DNA of 6,394 nucleotides from a virus (Duplodnaviria; Heunggongvirae; Uroviricota; Caudoviricetes): IMG/VR virus record IMGVR_UViG_2740892370_000006; one strand, 5' to 3'. Shown piece by piece: positions 5,068 to 6,394 of this stretch (position 1 is its first letter; each line of letters starts with the position of its first letter). The notes under the pieces were generated by a model. It saw only the letters and a program-made list of their open reading frames with translations, ran no database searches and was not told where the DNA came from. The position numbers and the translations under genes were made by a program.

Positions 5068-5463
5068 TCACAGTATCGCCTCCTGAAAATTACCCTGATA
5101 GAAAGCCAGTACACGCAGCATAACTTCACTCTTCCGGCACTCGCCACAGATTATGTTCTGTTGTCTGTCGTAGCGGCGTATTTCTCCGTCTGGTAACTTT
5201 CGAATCAATGTCTGGTCGGTTGTTTTCTCCGCTGCCTTACGCCATACGCGATACACCTGTTCTGATGTAAAAACACCGTATTTACCGGGCATGTATAAAT
5301 CGCCACAAGCCAGTACATCCACAAGGCAACGTCTGACTGAATGCCAGCCTGCTCCCGTCGCTCTCTCCAGTTGTGATATCGTCATGCGTTCATTTTTGCG
5401 TACCAGCCCGATAATTCGGGCCTTCAGTTCTTCACGCTGTTCGTGTGTAAAAGGTTTCGCCAT
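5068..5463 (-). CDS. Hypothetical protein, 131 aa, possible winged-helix DNA-binding fold
   Basis: ATG at 5463..5461 (MAKPFTHEQ...) with GGAGG 5 nt upstream; the track start at 5478 is a TTG. The segment MTISQLERATGAGWHSVRRCL is HTH-like. Confidence 0.65.
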   Translation of the reverse strand: MAKPFTHEQREELKARIIGLVRKNERMTISQLERATGAGWHSVRRCLVDVLACGDLYMPGKYGVFTSEQVYRVWRKAAEKTTDQTLIRKLPDGEIRRYDRQQNIICGECRKSEVMLRVLAFYQGNFQEAIL

Positions 5464-5478
5464 AAGCGCCTCCGGCAA

Positions 5479-6249
5479 TCACTTTTCCGACACAATACGA
5501 CCGGATGAATCGACAATCTGCCGAACAATATCCCGGTGCTTGTTCAGCTCCCGCAGCGCGGCGCAGACACGCTCCCACTTCTGAACCTGACCTTTTGCCC
5601 TGCGCAGCGCCAGGTTTGCCCTGCGAAGGGACGGAAAAATCAGCTCATCTGCTTGCGTTTCGGTAAACGATGGCAACGGCTGCACAATGTCCGCCACAGT
5701 TTCTGTTTTAATTTCTTCCTGTGTTGCGGCTTCCCGGACTGGTAACGCAGCACCTGCTGGCTGAGGAAAGGCCTTACCATCATTTTCCGTTACCGGCGCG
5801 GCTTTCGGATCTGCTGGTAAATTACCCCCCGGCATGCAGTAACGAAATTTACCGTTCTGATTTACGCGTGCCAGGCGCCCCGTTGCTGTTACGACCGCCA
5901 ACGTGGAAGCAACCTTGCGAATGCTAACACCGAACTTATCCGCCAGTTCCTCACACGTTTTAGCCCCATCCTGACCGATAAACTCAATCATCATGTCTGC
6001 GGTAACTTTTTGTTCGACCTCCCCGGTCAGCATATCCTGTGCTTCAGATTTTACTGGCCGCTCTTCGGTTACCCGGGATTCACCTTCGCCAGCCAGAAAC
6101 CAGGTGTGACCAGTTTTATCAACGACGCCATTTCTTTTGAGTTCCCACAGCTCGTTGACAGCCTCTTCACGACTGATTCCAAGGCGAGCTGCCACCACAT
6201 GTGAAGAGGCTTTTTTCAGTGCTTTCAGTGCGTCAGATACGGTTTCCAT
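5479..6249 (-). CDS. Prophage protein with two winged-helix-like halves separated by an acidic/Pro-rich linker (possibly DUF1627-like), 256 aa
   Basis: ATG at 6249..6247 with GGAGG 9 nt upstream. The N-terminal LKKASSHVVAARLGISREEAVNELWELKRNGVV and the central CEELADKFGVSIRKVASTLAVVTATGRLARV both look like wHTH units. Confidence 0.7.
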   Translation of the reverse strand: METVSDALKALKKASSHVVAARLGISREEAVNELWELKRNGVVDKTGHTWFLAGEGESRVTEERPVKSEAQDMLTGEVEQKVTADMMIEFIGQDGAKTCEELADKFGVSIRKVASTLAVVTATGRLARVNQNGKFRYCMPGGNLPADPKAAPVTENDGKAFPQPAGAALPVREAATQEEIKTETVADIVQPLPSFTETQADELIFPSLRRANLALRRAKGQVQKWERVCAALRELNKHRDIVRQIVDSSGRIVSEK

Positions 6250-6270
6250 TAAAATTTCCTCCGGACAAAA

Positions 6271-6394
6271 TTACTTCACAACCCTCATATTGCTGACATT
6301 TGGACGCCAGCTATCCCAGTTAAACGTCACCCATCGACCACCGTTCATGGTCATGCGGTCCATAATCCTCTCACCAAGAAGTGTACTCATTGCG
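6271..6394 (-). CDS. 3' end of an upstream gene (partial; ...MSTLLGERIMDRMTMNGGRWVTFNWDSWRPNVSNMRVVK*)
   Basis: Open frame running in from the window edge to TAA at 6273..6271, 21 nt before the next gene's ATG and just before its SD. It could be a short ORF or the C-terminus of a longer gene. Confidence 0.35.
   Translation of the reverse strand, partial: AMSTLLGERIMDRMTMNGGRWVTFNWDSWRPNVSNMRVVK

Noticed and set aside
5291-6204. Plus-strand ORFs 5291..5584, 5536..5745, 5721..5927 and 6010..6204
   Set aside because: Antisense to the well-supported 131-aa and 256-aa minus-strand genes.
1-6394. CRISPR array, tRNA or rRNA, insertion sequence or integrase
   Set aside because: No regularly spaced direct repeats, no cloverleaf-compatible segments in the short intergenic regions, and no transposase- or integrase-like ORF or terminal inverted repeats were seen.

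Overview
This 6.4-kb window reads like an internal segment of a lambdoid enterobacterial prophage, most likely a nin-like delayed-early region. Nearly all coding is on the minus strand as a string of tightly packed, translationally coupled genes (three ATGA start/stop overlaps plus TGAATG and TGAtATG junctions). It runs from a 256-aa protein with two winged-helix-like halves (5479-6249), through an Ea22-like protein (3265-4212) and a PD-(D/E)xK nuclease-like protein (2748-3263), to a Cys/His-rich DUF968/YdfU-like protein (184-1230) and the 5' part of a RusA-type Holliday-junction resolvase (1-171). A plus-strand parD/parE toxin-antitoxin cassette (1640-2202) with its own candidate promoter/operator and intrinsic terminator is inserted in the opposite orientation. 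No rRNA, tRNA, CRISPR array, integrase or transposase is visible. The best candidates for uncharacterised biology are: (i) the coupled nuclease / 114-aa / 27-aa membrane-micropeptide trio at 2327-3263; (ii) two tandem, very acidic ~58-aa proteins at 4209-4560, the first preceded by an SD-hairpin-AUG arrangement; (iii) a 23-bp start-site cassette duplicated at two gene junctions. All product assignments rest on motif recognition by eye and remembered family features; no database search was run, so novelty cannot be established from here.
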